A DNA stretch of 64,000 bases from Antedon mediterranea (taxonomy: Eukaryota > Animalia > Echinodermata): NCBI RefSeq assembly GCF_964355755.1, contig NC_092680.1:17679045-17743044 (forward strand), in the 5' to 3' direction. The notes under the pieces are model-generated. The model was not told the DNA's origin. It saw only the letters and a list, made by a program, of their open reading frames with translations, and searched no databases. The translations under genes and the position numbers were made by a program. Positions 24,983-36,984 of the stretch are shown one piece after another; the stretch's first letter is position 1, and every line of letters starts with the position of its first letter.

Positions 24983-27900
24983 TCAAACTTTGTCACATGA
25001 TTCTAGTGATAAGGATAACTTGTTGATAAGGTAGTCCTCTTTTTCTTTGTCACTATGCGATTCGCTCCATTCTTTAGTTTTTACCTACGTGAAAGGAAAC
25101 ACAATCATGAATCAACGAATAGGGTTACCGTATTAATTAAAAAGTTAGAAATATAGTTGCTATAAATAACTTATAAGTGTGACTGTAAAATATAAAAGCT
25201 ATATATACATATTAAGTGATCATTTTTTATATTAACAAATAACATTTGTGTTATATTATCTTTTTAGCTGTCTACACTATCAAACTAGTTTGACAAACAA
25301 GTGTGATGTGCTAAAATATGGTACTGATATTCCCAAATATGGTAGTGATATGACATCATCATGTCCATATTTGGGTACATCACATTTTTTTGTGTCACAA
25401 AGTTTGATAATGTAGACAGAGCTTTAGAATCTGTGTCCGAGAATCACCCCATGATGGGGACATTATTTCTCTTTTAAGTTAACTACAGTATGTTCTGTAA
25501 TATTAAATAATCACAAACAGGCACAAAATTAGACCTTTGCATTGTTCGCATGAGTTTACGGTTCGCATGTGCGAAGGTCACCCGGAGTAGGTTTTTTTCA
25601 AAATAATAAGTTAAATTAAGTCTTAGTCTTATTATGCGACATTTACCAGATTGTAGTTACGGTATGTCATGAGTCGATACAGACAAGTTTATGCAAATTG
25701 CGTAGGCCCATAGAAAAAATAATACATGAACCGTCGTTCAGTTGATCGTACAAAAGGATGCCGACAGAAGACCGTTTATATGCCATCATGAAACTGCAAC
25801 ACTGAGCTGCTCTACCTTCCACATGTCATACTCTGCCTGCGCATTCGCATGAGAAAGCTGGCTGGATCATGTTGAAAGCTGTAGTAGTATAGTAAATCCA
25901 GCCTAACCAACAATATCGGCTAGATGACTTTTTGTTGACATGAGCGAAAAAGATTTGTTTGCAGCTGATTTTTTTGTAATGATTCATAAATTTATCAGTT
26001 CAAATATCATTGATAAAATTAACATTGTTTATTTGCAAAACCGATTTTTACATCTCACCTTTCACCATATTTACATGTGCCTGTAAACTGATTAAAACAA
26101 GCTATAAACTCGCTCTGTAAGCCAAGGGCCAGGGGCCTCTGATTGCCCCAGCTCTTGCCGTGTTGATATGCAACGCAAGTTATCAACGATCACGGTAATT
26201 GTCGTACAACAGTCATAATGAATCGCTGGATCCGCGGCGTCTGACACATGATTGTGCTCATACAGGGCGGGCATTTTAGCAATTAAAACTTGATGGTGTC
26301 AAAGGTTAAGTCAATGACAAACAACCCATGCATAGATCAGTGATAATTAGTAACAATATAAGAATAGCTTTTGAAAATGACAACCATGTTATCATTATCA
26401 TTTGATTCTATGTTTAATTCAATTTAGAGAATAATAAAAATAAATGTACTGTACTGAGTAAGGCTACGTACCTGTTTAACAGTATACCCTAGCTTTTGAA
26501 GATGTCTAACCTTCATCGCTTGTGAACCATGAGGTGTGTCAGAATCCTGAAGACAGTGGCTTTGAGAGATTAGGAGTACGGCCAACCTGAAACAATGGAT
26601 TAAAGACATAACAGCACACCAGTACTAACACTGGATTAAAAGACATTTAAATCAAGTCAAATTCTTTATTCCCACGTGGGGCAATTTTAAAACTAGGAAT
26701 GATTATAAATTATAAAGTACTGTACATAGTAACAAAGAGTAAAACTACAGTACCACAGTATATGGGAGTGTTTGTAAAAAATGATGGAAAATGAACCTAC
26801 TTAGTTGTTGGCTCTGATTCAGTGTTAGTCTCTCCACCAACTTTCATTGGTTGACCGTTTTTGTCCAACAGCATTTCTATGTCTGTAAATGAAAGGCTAA
26901 TGATTATATAAATTTAACATAACATAGTATTTTATAATTTTCATTCAACAATTTATCTAAATTATAAAAAAATAGTGTCATAACATTTTTTTAAGCTTTA
27001 ATTTGTTACACAAATAAACTAGAACCAGATCAGTTTGGAAACGTAGAGTGAATCATGTTGTTAAAGAAGTTTAATGAAGAATGGTATAAAAGTAGAGGTA
27101 GTAGGAATCAAGCACCCTATTCACACTTACGATTGGGTCTTGGGCTGGCCCAGAATCGGGTCAAAATTAATTTTGTTGGGCCCAATCCAGCGTATTTACA
27201 CTTGTTCCCTGAAGATTCATTGACTTCATTTTCTCATTGGTCACGGTACACTGGATAAGCCGGCCTAGAGCTGGCCTAACTTTATAGAGTGTTTAAACTT
27301 AGCGATTTGCGACCCTGGGCTAGCCCAAATCGTAAGTGGAAAAGGGGTCTTAGATCTGCCGTCACTGTCTTTACCTGCAACTGTGCTAAAATAGCCAGCA
27401 TGGTTGAGTATACAGTGCAACTTGACAAACTCTGGACCGCCAGTCAGTCTTTGCAGACTCTCTGAAACTTCATTCACTTCAATCTTAAAATCTCTTGTAA
27501 AGGAATGTTCTTGCAATGTTCCATTGTGATATAAAGCATCCTAATAAAACAAATAAAAATAGTTGATATGTTTGAATGTTCCATAGTTCCATTACCCAAG
27601 TACTAATGTATGCTAATGTATGTTGTTACCTTAGTAAATAGTTTGTGACCACTGTATTCAGGTTTGTCAATCTTTATACAGGTGCTGAGGAACTGTAGAT
27701 GCTTCTCTACTCCAGGTGGTGATCTCTCTGTAAATGCAAATGTTATTGAACTCAATTATTATTGGCTACTTCGTAGCTTTATGGGACACTCGGCTCGAAA
27801 AGGAAAGGCAACTTAATGTATCACTGCAGTATCATAGTCTGTTTGGAAGCCAATATTATTGTTCATATTCTACTTTTGAAAGATTTTTTAAATTGGAGAA

Positions 27901-29579
27901 TATTCACATTTAAATATGGGGAAATCGCCACTGCATACAAAAAAGGGTAAACATAAACCCCTGCCTAAGTCTATTGTTAATGCACTCCTGTTTAAAATCT
28001 AATGGATCAGTTCCTGGAAGTCCAGAGTACAAAGCTGTAAAAAAGGTGTGCAAGACATTTTTCTATGCTGCAATGAATTTAAAAAGTTTGCATCATGCAA
28101 AATGTATATTTATAGGAATAAGATTTAAAAAACAATACTGTATTGGTGTATTACTGGATACTTACCAATGCAAAATTCCAGAAATTCTGGTTCATATAGA
28201 ATATCAAGTAGGCTGTCATAGTACCTGTTGATGTAAGCGAGAGAGATGAGCGCCCTCAAGAACTGAAATGGAAATTGCTGACATTGCTGTTTGCGCTGAA
28301 GCATTAGGTCAACACACTTTTCAAAAAAAGTGTCTGCATCAGAAGGTTCGTAATTTAATCGTGTAAATGCCCTGAGCAACATCCAAGTGCTCTTGATACG
28401 AAGCTTTGTTGTTGTTTCTTCAACCACCCTCTTTGCCACACTGTCCATGAATGGTTGACTAAGAACTCTGAATCTAGACAATGCAAATGCATTGTGTGCT
28501 AGCATCTCTAATGTCATGTCTGAAAACTTCTCTGGCAAATGCTTGACTGCTACCTCTAGAAACTTGTGGTGGAAGAAATAACATCTTGATAAACTTCGAA
28601 GAACAACTGTTAAATCATGCGCAGAAATGTCTTGTATATTCCGGGACACACGGTCCCCAATTTGATACATTAATTTGTCATTATTGTCAACTTTTCCTTT
28701 ACATTTTATAATCGCAGAGCAGATTATAATAACACCATTTAAAGACAGACTATCAACATTATCCTCAATCAATTTCAAAATGTCATTTAAAAAAGGCATG
28801 GGGACATTTTGATATATACCGATATTGTAACAAAGTTGAAGAATGTTTGGTGTTGAGAGCTGGGTTACAACGTTTCTCATGACTGCCATCATCTTCAGAT
28901 GATAACTTTGAGATCTGTAACCCGATACTAACCACCAATCTCCAACTAGGAAGATGTTGTTTAATGTCAACGTCTCTATTCTCTGAAGGCACTGTGATTC
29001 CACAATGTGAATATTCTTAATATCACATTTCATTCTATACAACAAGATAAGTGCATCAATGAACAAGGCGTCCGACATCGAATTTAACTTCTCTACTAAT
29101 AATGAAGAAACTTCACCTTGAGATGTTTTGCTGGTCAAGACATCATTGATGGTTATCTCTTGCAAACCAATGTGTGCCATCAAGCCATTAAAGTCAATAA
29201 CTTTAGAAAAATCTTCACTTTTATAATTCTTCTCTACGATCTTCATACTTGTGGATAATGATGGAATATCATCAAGGAATTTTCTTCTAAATTGTGAAGC
29301 TTTGATTCCCAATATACCTGGCTCTATGTTTGTGTCATTTCCAGGAAAGGCAATATTTAGTACGTGTTTAGCAGCATTACTTCGTTGAGTAACGTACACT
29401 CGTGATTTCCATTTCTTCTTCTGTTTCTTCCTAGCAGAAGTGGCAAGATTTTCCTTGACAACTGAAGTTTCTGCAACCTCTCCTGGGGGAAAAGAGGTTG
29501 ATGATTTACAGTATGAGCCTAGCAGTATCTTGCAAGTGCTCACATGAAGTGGTCGCCTTCTTATTAATGTTGACAGCAT
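24983..29579 (-). CDS. FAST kinase domain-containing mitochondrial RNA-binding protein (FASTKD3/5-like, C-terminal RAP domain)
   Basis: Transit-peptide-like N-terminus MLSTLIRRR, long helical-repeat exon 29579-28166, then 27727-27630, 27540-27375, 26882-26801 (DIEMLLD), 26586-26472 (GSQAMKVRHLQKLGYTV, RAP), 25084-24983. Paralog identity is uncertain. Confidence 0.85.
25266..25423. mobile_element. PIF/Harbinger (Tourist-like) MITE, family A
   Basis: TIR AGCT(CT)GTCTACACTATCAAAC ... TTTGATAATGTAGACAGAGCT. Confidence 0.85.
27113..27349. mobile_element. MITE in a FASTKD intron
   Basis: Imperfect TIRs ACCCTATTCACACTTACGATTGGG / CCCAAATCGTAAGTGGAAAAGGGGT. Confidence 0.55.
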
Positions 29580-30534
29580 TATTACAAGCCTCAGATGCAC
29601 ACTATTCTGAAATAGATTCAATATTAAAACTTTGTTATGTATAGTCATGCTTGTTGATTATAATATGGATGTTTACACTTGGACCTATTCAAAGGAAGGA
29701 CCATATGTCCAGCATCCTTTTTTTACTACTTTTATCTACAAATTGTCTACAGTGACTAGAAATACTGTACGTATGACTGTCAGTGTCAGCCGTAAACCTG
29801 TACAAATATTCTGGCAATGGATTCTGATACTCTTACCTTTTGCCAAAGGGGAATTTTTTAATATTTAACAAACAAATAATGTGTTTGGAAATTTCTGGAA
29901 GGTGCCTTGCATCCATTGTTACTACACTATGCAGATGCCCAAGATAGTTTTTAAAAGCACCCCTTCTATAGCATGGCTATGCTTTTATAAATTCTCCCAA
30001 AGCCAAAACTTCTTCTTCAAGTTTGGACCTTTGTGGCCCACATAATAATAAAATATTCACTCCTCATATCATTCATAAATACTAAGTTCTAAGATTTTGA
30101 GAAAAGGATGCAGAATAGGGGTCAAAATCTTCACCCTCTGTTCCTTTAATTAACTTCCAAAAGATAGTGTAACATTAATATTAATCAGTATATTTTAACC
30201 AAAATTAATTTAATTCCAAACAAAAAAATTGATTAGGCATAAATCTTATAAATTTTTTTTAATGATAATATGCAAATTTACTTTACTATACAACACATTT
30301 TAGATTGATAATAAAAAAAAACATATTTTTTAAATAATTGTTTCCCATCCCTGTTTGGTTGTTTATTATAGATATTCCATGTTCAGATTGATTATGTTAG
30401 GTTCACTCTGGTACGTTAAAATCACTTTGAAATACTCATTTACTAAAGTATTACGACATAACTTGACCAATGTTCTTTAAGTTATTAAGAGGCATATGCA
30501 TCTACATTGTATTGTAAAATTGCAGTTTTTTAAT

Positions 30535-31872
30535 TTAATCTGCAATAATAATAGGAGCTGCATTAGATGGTAAATTTCCAGTTTCTAAGTTAGTATAATC
30601 TTGTATCAGTGTTGATAAACTCTCAAGACTTTGAGAGAAGATTTCATTATCCATTCCATCGACGCTTGTGTAGTGGTGAATATGTGCTTTACGGCGGTAC
30701 AACTTCACAAAGCGGTCTTTCAGATTTTGCATACTGTGGCGAATACAAGTGTTGTTAGAAAGCGCAACCAGAGCTTGTTGTTGTCCAACTGGTGCTACTG
30801 AACAAAGACCAGTTTTCCATCCATCCGTGTTCCAATGGATGAAGTTTAATGATGGTCTAAGACGGTCGATATTCCGTCTGAGATCAGATAGTTCTATTTT
30901 TCCACGGCACATTAAAGCGCATGACAAGTACATAGAGTTTCTGGGGTCTGCCTTAATCATCTGGTGTTCCCTGAGGAAAACGTCAGTGAAGAGTTGATCT
31001 AGTCTCCTTAATGGCATACTAGATCCATCCTGAACAAGAGGAGTCTGGCTTGATACCAAATAATGTAACTTTGGAAACGGAACAAGATTTGTTGTAATTT
31101 CATTTATATCCACATTGAGAGCTCCTTCAAAACGTGAAGAACTTGTAATATTCAACAACATTTTTCCAACAATATCATTCATTGAATCGTACGGATTCTT
31201 GTCAGCTTTATCTTTTCCTTCCTTGCCAAATTTCATTGTTATATCCATAAGGGCTTGGTTCTCAAATGGCAAAACACAATCTGCATGTTCCGTTAACTGA
31301 TTCATGGCAAGGACCGCATTATATGGTGACGTCACAACATCATCATCAGCTGATGGATACACTGCGGTGACAAAACGATAGATATCTGGGTAATTATCTT
31401 GCAGCATGGACAGTATGGAAGTCCCAACACCAGATCCAGTTCCTCCTCCCATGGAATGAAACAAGAAGAAGCATTGTAAACAATCGCACTGCTCAGCAGC
31501 ACGGCGTACACATTCCTCAATTCGTTCTCTATACTGTGCACCAAAATGCAAATGCCCAGTAGCCCAATTGTTCCCAGCACCAGAAACATCGGTCAACAGT
31601 TGTTTCTGATCAAGGAGTTTTGCCAAAGGTCCTTTCAGTAACTGATTGATGACACCTTCTTCCATATCTACAAGCACAGCTCGAGCTTTTATGGATTCAC
31701 TTAAATTATCTGATAAATTGCCTGATTTTGACTGCATAAAAAAGCTGTTCCAAGAGTCGTCCCTAGATCCACGTTTCCTATACTGAGCGTGTTCCTGTAA
31801 TGCAAGGTCCCAGAATCGACATCCTATCTGGTTGCCACACTGCCCAACTTGTATCACTATAGATTGTGTCAT
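30535..31872 (-). CDS. TUBE1: Tubulin epsilon chain, intronless CDS
   Basis: MTQSIVIQVGQCGNQIG, ARAVLVDMEEGV, HSMGGGTGSG, SADDDVVTSPYN. One uninterrupted ORF of about 445 aa, with a splice acceptor (TTTTACAG) 8 nt before the ATG. Confidence 0.95.
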   Translation of the reverse strand: MTQSIVIQVGQCGNQIGCRFWDLALQEHAQYRKRGSRDDSWNSFFMQSKSGNLSDNLSESIKARAVLVDMEEGVINQLLKGPLAKLLDQKQLLTDVSGAGNNWATGHLHFGAQYRERIEECVRRAAEQCDCLQCFFLFHSMGGGTGSGVGTSILSMLQDNYPDIYRFVTAVYPSADDDVVTSPYNAVLAMNQLTEHADCVLPFENQALMDITMKFGKEGKDKADKNPYDSMNDIVGKMLLNITSSSRFEGALNVDINEITTNLVPFPKLHYLVSSQTPLVQDGSSMPLRRLDQLFTDVFLREHQMIKADPRNSMYLSCALMCRGKIELSDLRRNIDRLRPSLNFIHWNTDGWKTGLCSVAPVGQQQALVALSNNTCIRHSMQNLKDRFVKLYRRKAHIHHYTSVDGMDNEIFSQSLESLSTLIQDYTNLETGNLPSNAAPIIIAD

Positions 31873-33824
31873 TTTAAATTCTGTAAAATAAAATATAAAC
31901 TTCACAATTGCTAGTTTTTCTTTCAGTTTAAAGTAAAAATATTGATATATTGCAGCAATTCCAAATTTGATCAGCAATGCAGATGCAGTACATAGAATAG
32001 ATTTTGTATGTCCACTGAGGGTAACCCTTCAGCTACACTATACGCTCCCTTCCTTTAACAATGCACCCATTTATCTTCAAAGATGACTGGGTTTTTTAAG
32101 GTATCCAGGGACTTTCCTACACTTGACTGATGGCAACCAGCTATAGTCCTCCAAGAAAATGTGTACTGTAAAGTACAAGAGCCTTGAAGCAAGTGAGCAG
32201 TATACACAGGAGTATTGCTAAACTGCGCAAACCAAGCGCAAACCTAAAAAAACCTGCGCAAACGTAACCTCCTCCAAATGGCTTATTATTGGTTCTATCA
32301 TGACCAGGACTATCATACCAGGTAATTTATGAAAAAAAATAATGAAATTGCTGTAAGTTGGCTTTTTTTTGGGTGAAAAACATCATTTTTTTGTGTGAAA
32401 TGTCAGATTTTACAGTGTAAATCGTGCAAACCTAAAAAAACCTGTGCAAACCTCCTCCAAATCACTTATTATTGGTTCTACCATGACTAGGACTATCATA
32501 TCTATTATCACAGTATATTGTGATATGGCTATGGCTAATGGTATACAGTACTGGAATTTCTATTCTACACAACACATAACTAATTATATGAATGATCTAA
32601 TGATGCATCATTTCTCTATTTAGAGTACAGTACATATATTGTTTTATCTCAAGGAAAATTAGCCAATGAAATATACTGTAGCAGCATCCATTGAATTCTT
32701 GACAATCTTGACCATGGAAAAGCAACTGCATACTGTATAGATTTCTCACTGTAAACAGAATTTAAATCCATTTTATTTTTACAAAATACTGTATGTAACT
32801 GAATAAAAAGAGAAAATTGTATTATGCAAACTATGAAACTGAAACAGTCCACTTCAGTGTGGCAAAAGGTTACGTATCGTAGACTATAAATCAAAATTTT
32901 CGTTTATAGTTGCCCGATTGGCAACACTCCTAGACTTTATATTTTTATTGATTTTTTTTCGAATGGAAGGGAATATTCCTCTCACATAGCCACCACGGTG
33001 CCGCTGGTCACACTGTGCTCTTCATCTCTCTCAAATTCTAGGTAGTGGCGTCATATTAAGGTTGTAATCTGGGTTCAAATCCTGTCATCACAGTCATTTC
33101 TTCTCCATTCTCCAAAGAATTTCAACCAATTTAAAATGCGACTGGAGAATCTGTCATTGTTGTTGAGTCAAATGTGGCCACATGTGCATCTAGTAGATTA
33201 GGAAGAAGGGAATCTCTTGTCGAGCTTCAGTTCAATAAGGATGAGGGCTCAGACAATAAAAGTAGAAATACAGTAGCCCAGAGTATAGTAGTACTGCACT
33301 AGCTAGGGCCTAGGGAATCTCAGACCTATTCAGTCTATTTATTCAAGCCTAGAAAGAAGCTAGGCCTACCACGGCAAGCACCACTGCTCGGCGACCAAAT
33401 TAGCTCTTAGCAAAACAGTCGTGTAGCAGAATTGACAAGATAAATGTGTTTTATTTGTATTCGTATATAGACGTGCAGCGAGCCTACATGTAGCGCAATC
33501 GTTATTATGCAATGCGGTTTACAGATACAGACCATCATGCTGTTATGCTTTTTGCTGCACACTTTTTGCACGCCCATGCATGATAGTAAAAAAATAAAGC
33601 GCACACGTGACTTATTTTTTAATTGTGTCTGATTGGCTACATCTTTGAACCCATGGTAATTAGGCTAATTGTTATAAAGTGACAATTTCAATATGGACGC
33701 ACCTAAAAACAGTGACGGACCTTTTAGAGAAGAAGGACGCACCATGACTCTCCTTTTGTGGTAAAGTGACAGACATTAAACAGTAATTTATTAAAGCCTC
33801 TAGCCCCTAGCAGCTACCTGTAGC

Positions 33825-36127
33825 GGAGTATGGTCGAAGCGCCCGCCAACCAAAGCGGCCGCCAGTTTAATATCGTCATTTGTATGGAACGCCATGTGCG
33901 CTTTAATCTTTGATTGTCGTTGTCAACGCCATGGCCTATGGCGAGTTGAGTTACAGCTGTGTGTATGGTCAAACCAATAAATATAAGCCAAATCATGTAC
34001 AGTACTATCGAATCTTTATATTTCTATAATAATTAAGTTTGCCTGCGGATAAATCAATGTATATTTTATTTGTATTTTAATATTAACTAACTAAATATAT
34101 TTACATTATATACTATCGAATCATTAATAATTTACGTTTGCATCATAATCTACATACTATTGAACCTTTATGTCTCATTTATTACGTACTATTTATTTAT
34201 TTGTTTATTTTATCCTCTTGACCCGACGTTTCTTGAGCACTCTCCTATCGAATCTTTATACAGTATTGCATTAATAATTTACGTACGGTATTGGCGAATA
34301 TTTATATCTCATTTACATACTATCGAATCTTCATACAGTATTGCAATAATAATTTACGTACGGTATTGCCGAATTTTTATATCTCGTTTACACTGTACTA
34401 TCGAATCTTGTTTTTATTGAATAGGGTGTGTTATACATTTATTAAGTGTTATTCCATTGTAATACATTGTTTGTGTTTTCAATGAAGCAACGTGAAGACA
34501 AAAAAGCGCGACCTTCTACAGCACTATTCCTATTTACATACTATCGAATCTTTTTACAGTATTGCAATATAATAATTTACGTACGGTATTGCCGAATATT
34601 TATATCTCATTTACATACTATCGAATCCTTATACAGTATTGCATTAATAATTTACGTACGGTATTGCTGAATCCTTGTATCTCATAGAATCTTTTTACAG
34701 TATTGCAATAATAATTTACGTACTATTAAGGTATTGCCGAATCTTTATATCTCATTTACATACTATCGAGTCTTTATACAGTATTGCATTAATAATTTAT
34801 GTACGGTATTGCCGAATATTTATATCTCATTTACATACTATCGAATCTTTATACAGTACTGCATTAATAATTTACGTACGGTATTGCCGAATCGTTATAT
34901 CTCATTTACATCAAATCTTTATACAGTATTGCAATAATAATTAACGTACGGTATTGCCGAATATTTATATCTCATTTACATCAAATCTTTATACAGTATT
35001 GCATTAATAATTCATGTACGGTATTGCCGAATCTTTATATCTCATTTACATCGAATCTTTATACAGTATTGCAATAATAATTTACGGTATTGCCGAATAT
35101 TTATATCTCATTTACATCGAATCTTTATACAGTATTGCATTAATAATTTACGTACGGTATTGCCGAATCTTTATATCTCATTTACATCGAATCTTTATAG
35201 GCCTACAGTATTGCAATAATAAGTTACGTACGGTATTGCCGAATATTTATATCTCATTTACATACTGTCGAATCTTTATACAGTATTGCAATAATAATTT
35301 ACGTACGGTATTGCCGAATTTTTATATCTCGTTTACACTGTACTATCGAATCTTGTTTTTATTGAATAGGATGTGTTATACATTTAAGTGTTATTCCATT
35401 GTAATACATTGTTTGTGTTTTCAATGAAGCAACGTGAAGACGAAAACGCGACCGCCTTCTACAGCACTATTCCTGGCCGGCCGCCAGTCGAGTTATTAGC
35501 AGAAATTCACGTAATTAATTACCGTACCGTACAGACACTTGCGTCTTATTTTAGTATTTAAAACTAATTTTAAATTGATCAATATTTATATATCTGAAGG
35601 TATAAAACAATTTAGGATATTAAATAAATAAATTGATGTCATCATGTTATTGTAATTAAATTATGTTTGCGAACACGTACTATTTACAGTAGTTACTTTA
35701 CTAATATATTAATATACAATAACAAATATATATATTTTGATTTGATATATTTTATTGAAAAAATATATATATTAAATATTCTTAATAATTGGCATATTAT
35801 ATATTATACAATAAAAACACCACAATGTTTTTTATTGACTTTATTAAACATATATATCATTTAGAACAGTTAAAGTAAGTAATCATCGATTCGCCATTTC
35901 GTTTAAAAGAAGGTATCACATTCAATCTGTCAAAAAAGAGAATATATTACATAATATTAATAATGTAGGTTGTTATTTACGTCCGAGGAAAAGAAAACCT
36001 GTCAATCGAAACAATGACAATCAAAAATGACAAAACAACGACAATCAAAGCGCACACGGCGTTCCATACAAATTACCCTTATTGAACTAGCGGCCGCTTT
36101 GGTTGGCGGCCGCTTCGACCGTAATCC
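33825..36127. mobile_element. Non-autonomous TIR element carrying an internal tandem-repeat array
   Basis: About 100-bp imperfect TIRs (GGTCGAAGCG.CCGCCAACCAAAGCGGCCGC..TTTGTATGGAACGCC) at 33825-33925 and 36035-36127. Confidence 0.85.
34246..35473. repeat. 75/69-bp tandem array with a duplicated ~140-bp spacer block
   Basis: Unit GAATCTTTATACAGTATTGCATTAATAATTTACGTACGGTATTGCCGAATATTTATATCTCATTTACA(TACTA)TC. The block at 34390-34530 recurs at 35330-35473. Confidence 0.92.
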
Positions 36128-36299
36128 AGGAGGGAGGCCTAGCTAGGCCTACTTCTACTAGTAATAGGCCTAGAGGCCTAGTAGTAGTACTTGAACTCTA
36201 GCTAGGCGCAGGCCTAGTCTCTCCTAAACACTATTAAATTATTATTCAAAATATAGCTTGGATCAGCTTTTTTCAAAGCTACTGACTCCTCTAGCATAA

Positions 36300-36470
36300 T
36301 AGGCCTACCTTTTCAAAATGTTCGTGTCACCGCCGCAGACGACTACAGTCGCTAGTTAGCCACCATAAACACGTGGTGCGCCACCAAACGACGACATGAC
36401 CCCCCGAGAGAGAGAAAGAGATATATAGAGGGCGGCTACGTTGGTGCGCGGAGAGTGAGGTAAGGCGAAA
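36300..36470. promoter_or_regulatory. Putative bidirectional promoter with divergent non-coding first exons
   Basis: CpG-rich patch, CACGTG at 36370, minus donor AAG|GTAGGC at 36308, plus donor GAG|GTAAGG at 36460, flanked by TAGGCCTA clusters. Confidence 0.55.
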
Positions 36471-36984
36471 ATGTACGTGTAGAGAAGTCCAGCTAGTAGT
36501 AGGCCTAGGGCCTAGATTTAATTAATTGTATTTAATTTATATGTATTAAATATTCATGTAATTAAAATCCAATATAGACCTAGGCCTAACTAATTACCTA
36601 CCTACTTACTATAATTGAACTTTAGGCCTAGCCTAGCCTAGGTAACTAGGCCCTATATTAATAATACAATGTAAAATTTATACAGTGATATGCCGATTGT
36701 ATAGGCCTACTTTGTTACTGATTTATATTAATTAAATACAGTAGTAAAGTTATCACTCATTAATATTAATAATTTGTAATTAATAGGCCTAGGCCTATAT
36801 GATATATATATATATAGTTTTTGTACAAGCCTAGAACTAAGGACGGGTAGGCCTACTACTACAAATTAAACCTAGTAGTTGCGTTACGACAAAAAATAAA
36901 TTTTGGATTGCTTTTATCTTTGTAATTTATTACTATATTTTTTTTTAGACTAAATTTTATTGCATCATACACTGCCATTGTTGT

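Noticed and set aside
25530-26310. Possible TIR element in the last FASTKD intron
   Set aside because: Only about 8-bp terminal complementarity (ACCTTTG/CAAAGGT), which is insufficient support.
31873-31977. N-terminal extension of TUBE1 in the ORF track (and 29580-29648 for FASTKD)
   Set aside because: These run through polypyrimidine/AG acceptors into intron; the conserved starts are MTQS (31872) and probably MLST (29579).
32218-32500. About 80-bp local duplication upstream of TUBE1
   Set aside because: Real but short, with no termini or coding signal that can be interpreted.
33040-33095. tRNA gene
   Set aside because: Only a B-box-like GGGTTCAAATCC is recognisable and there is no cloverleaf; probably a SINE relic.
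34160-35427. Repetitive ORFs and a possible CRISPR-like array
   Set aside because: Head-to-tail repeats without unique spacers, no cas genes, eukaryotic context; the ORFs are translations of the satellite.
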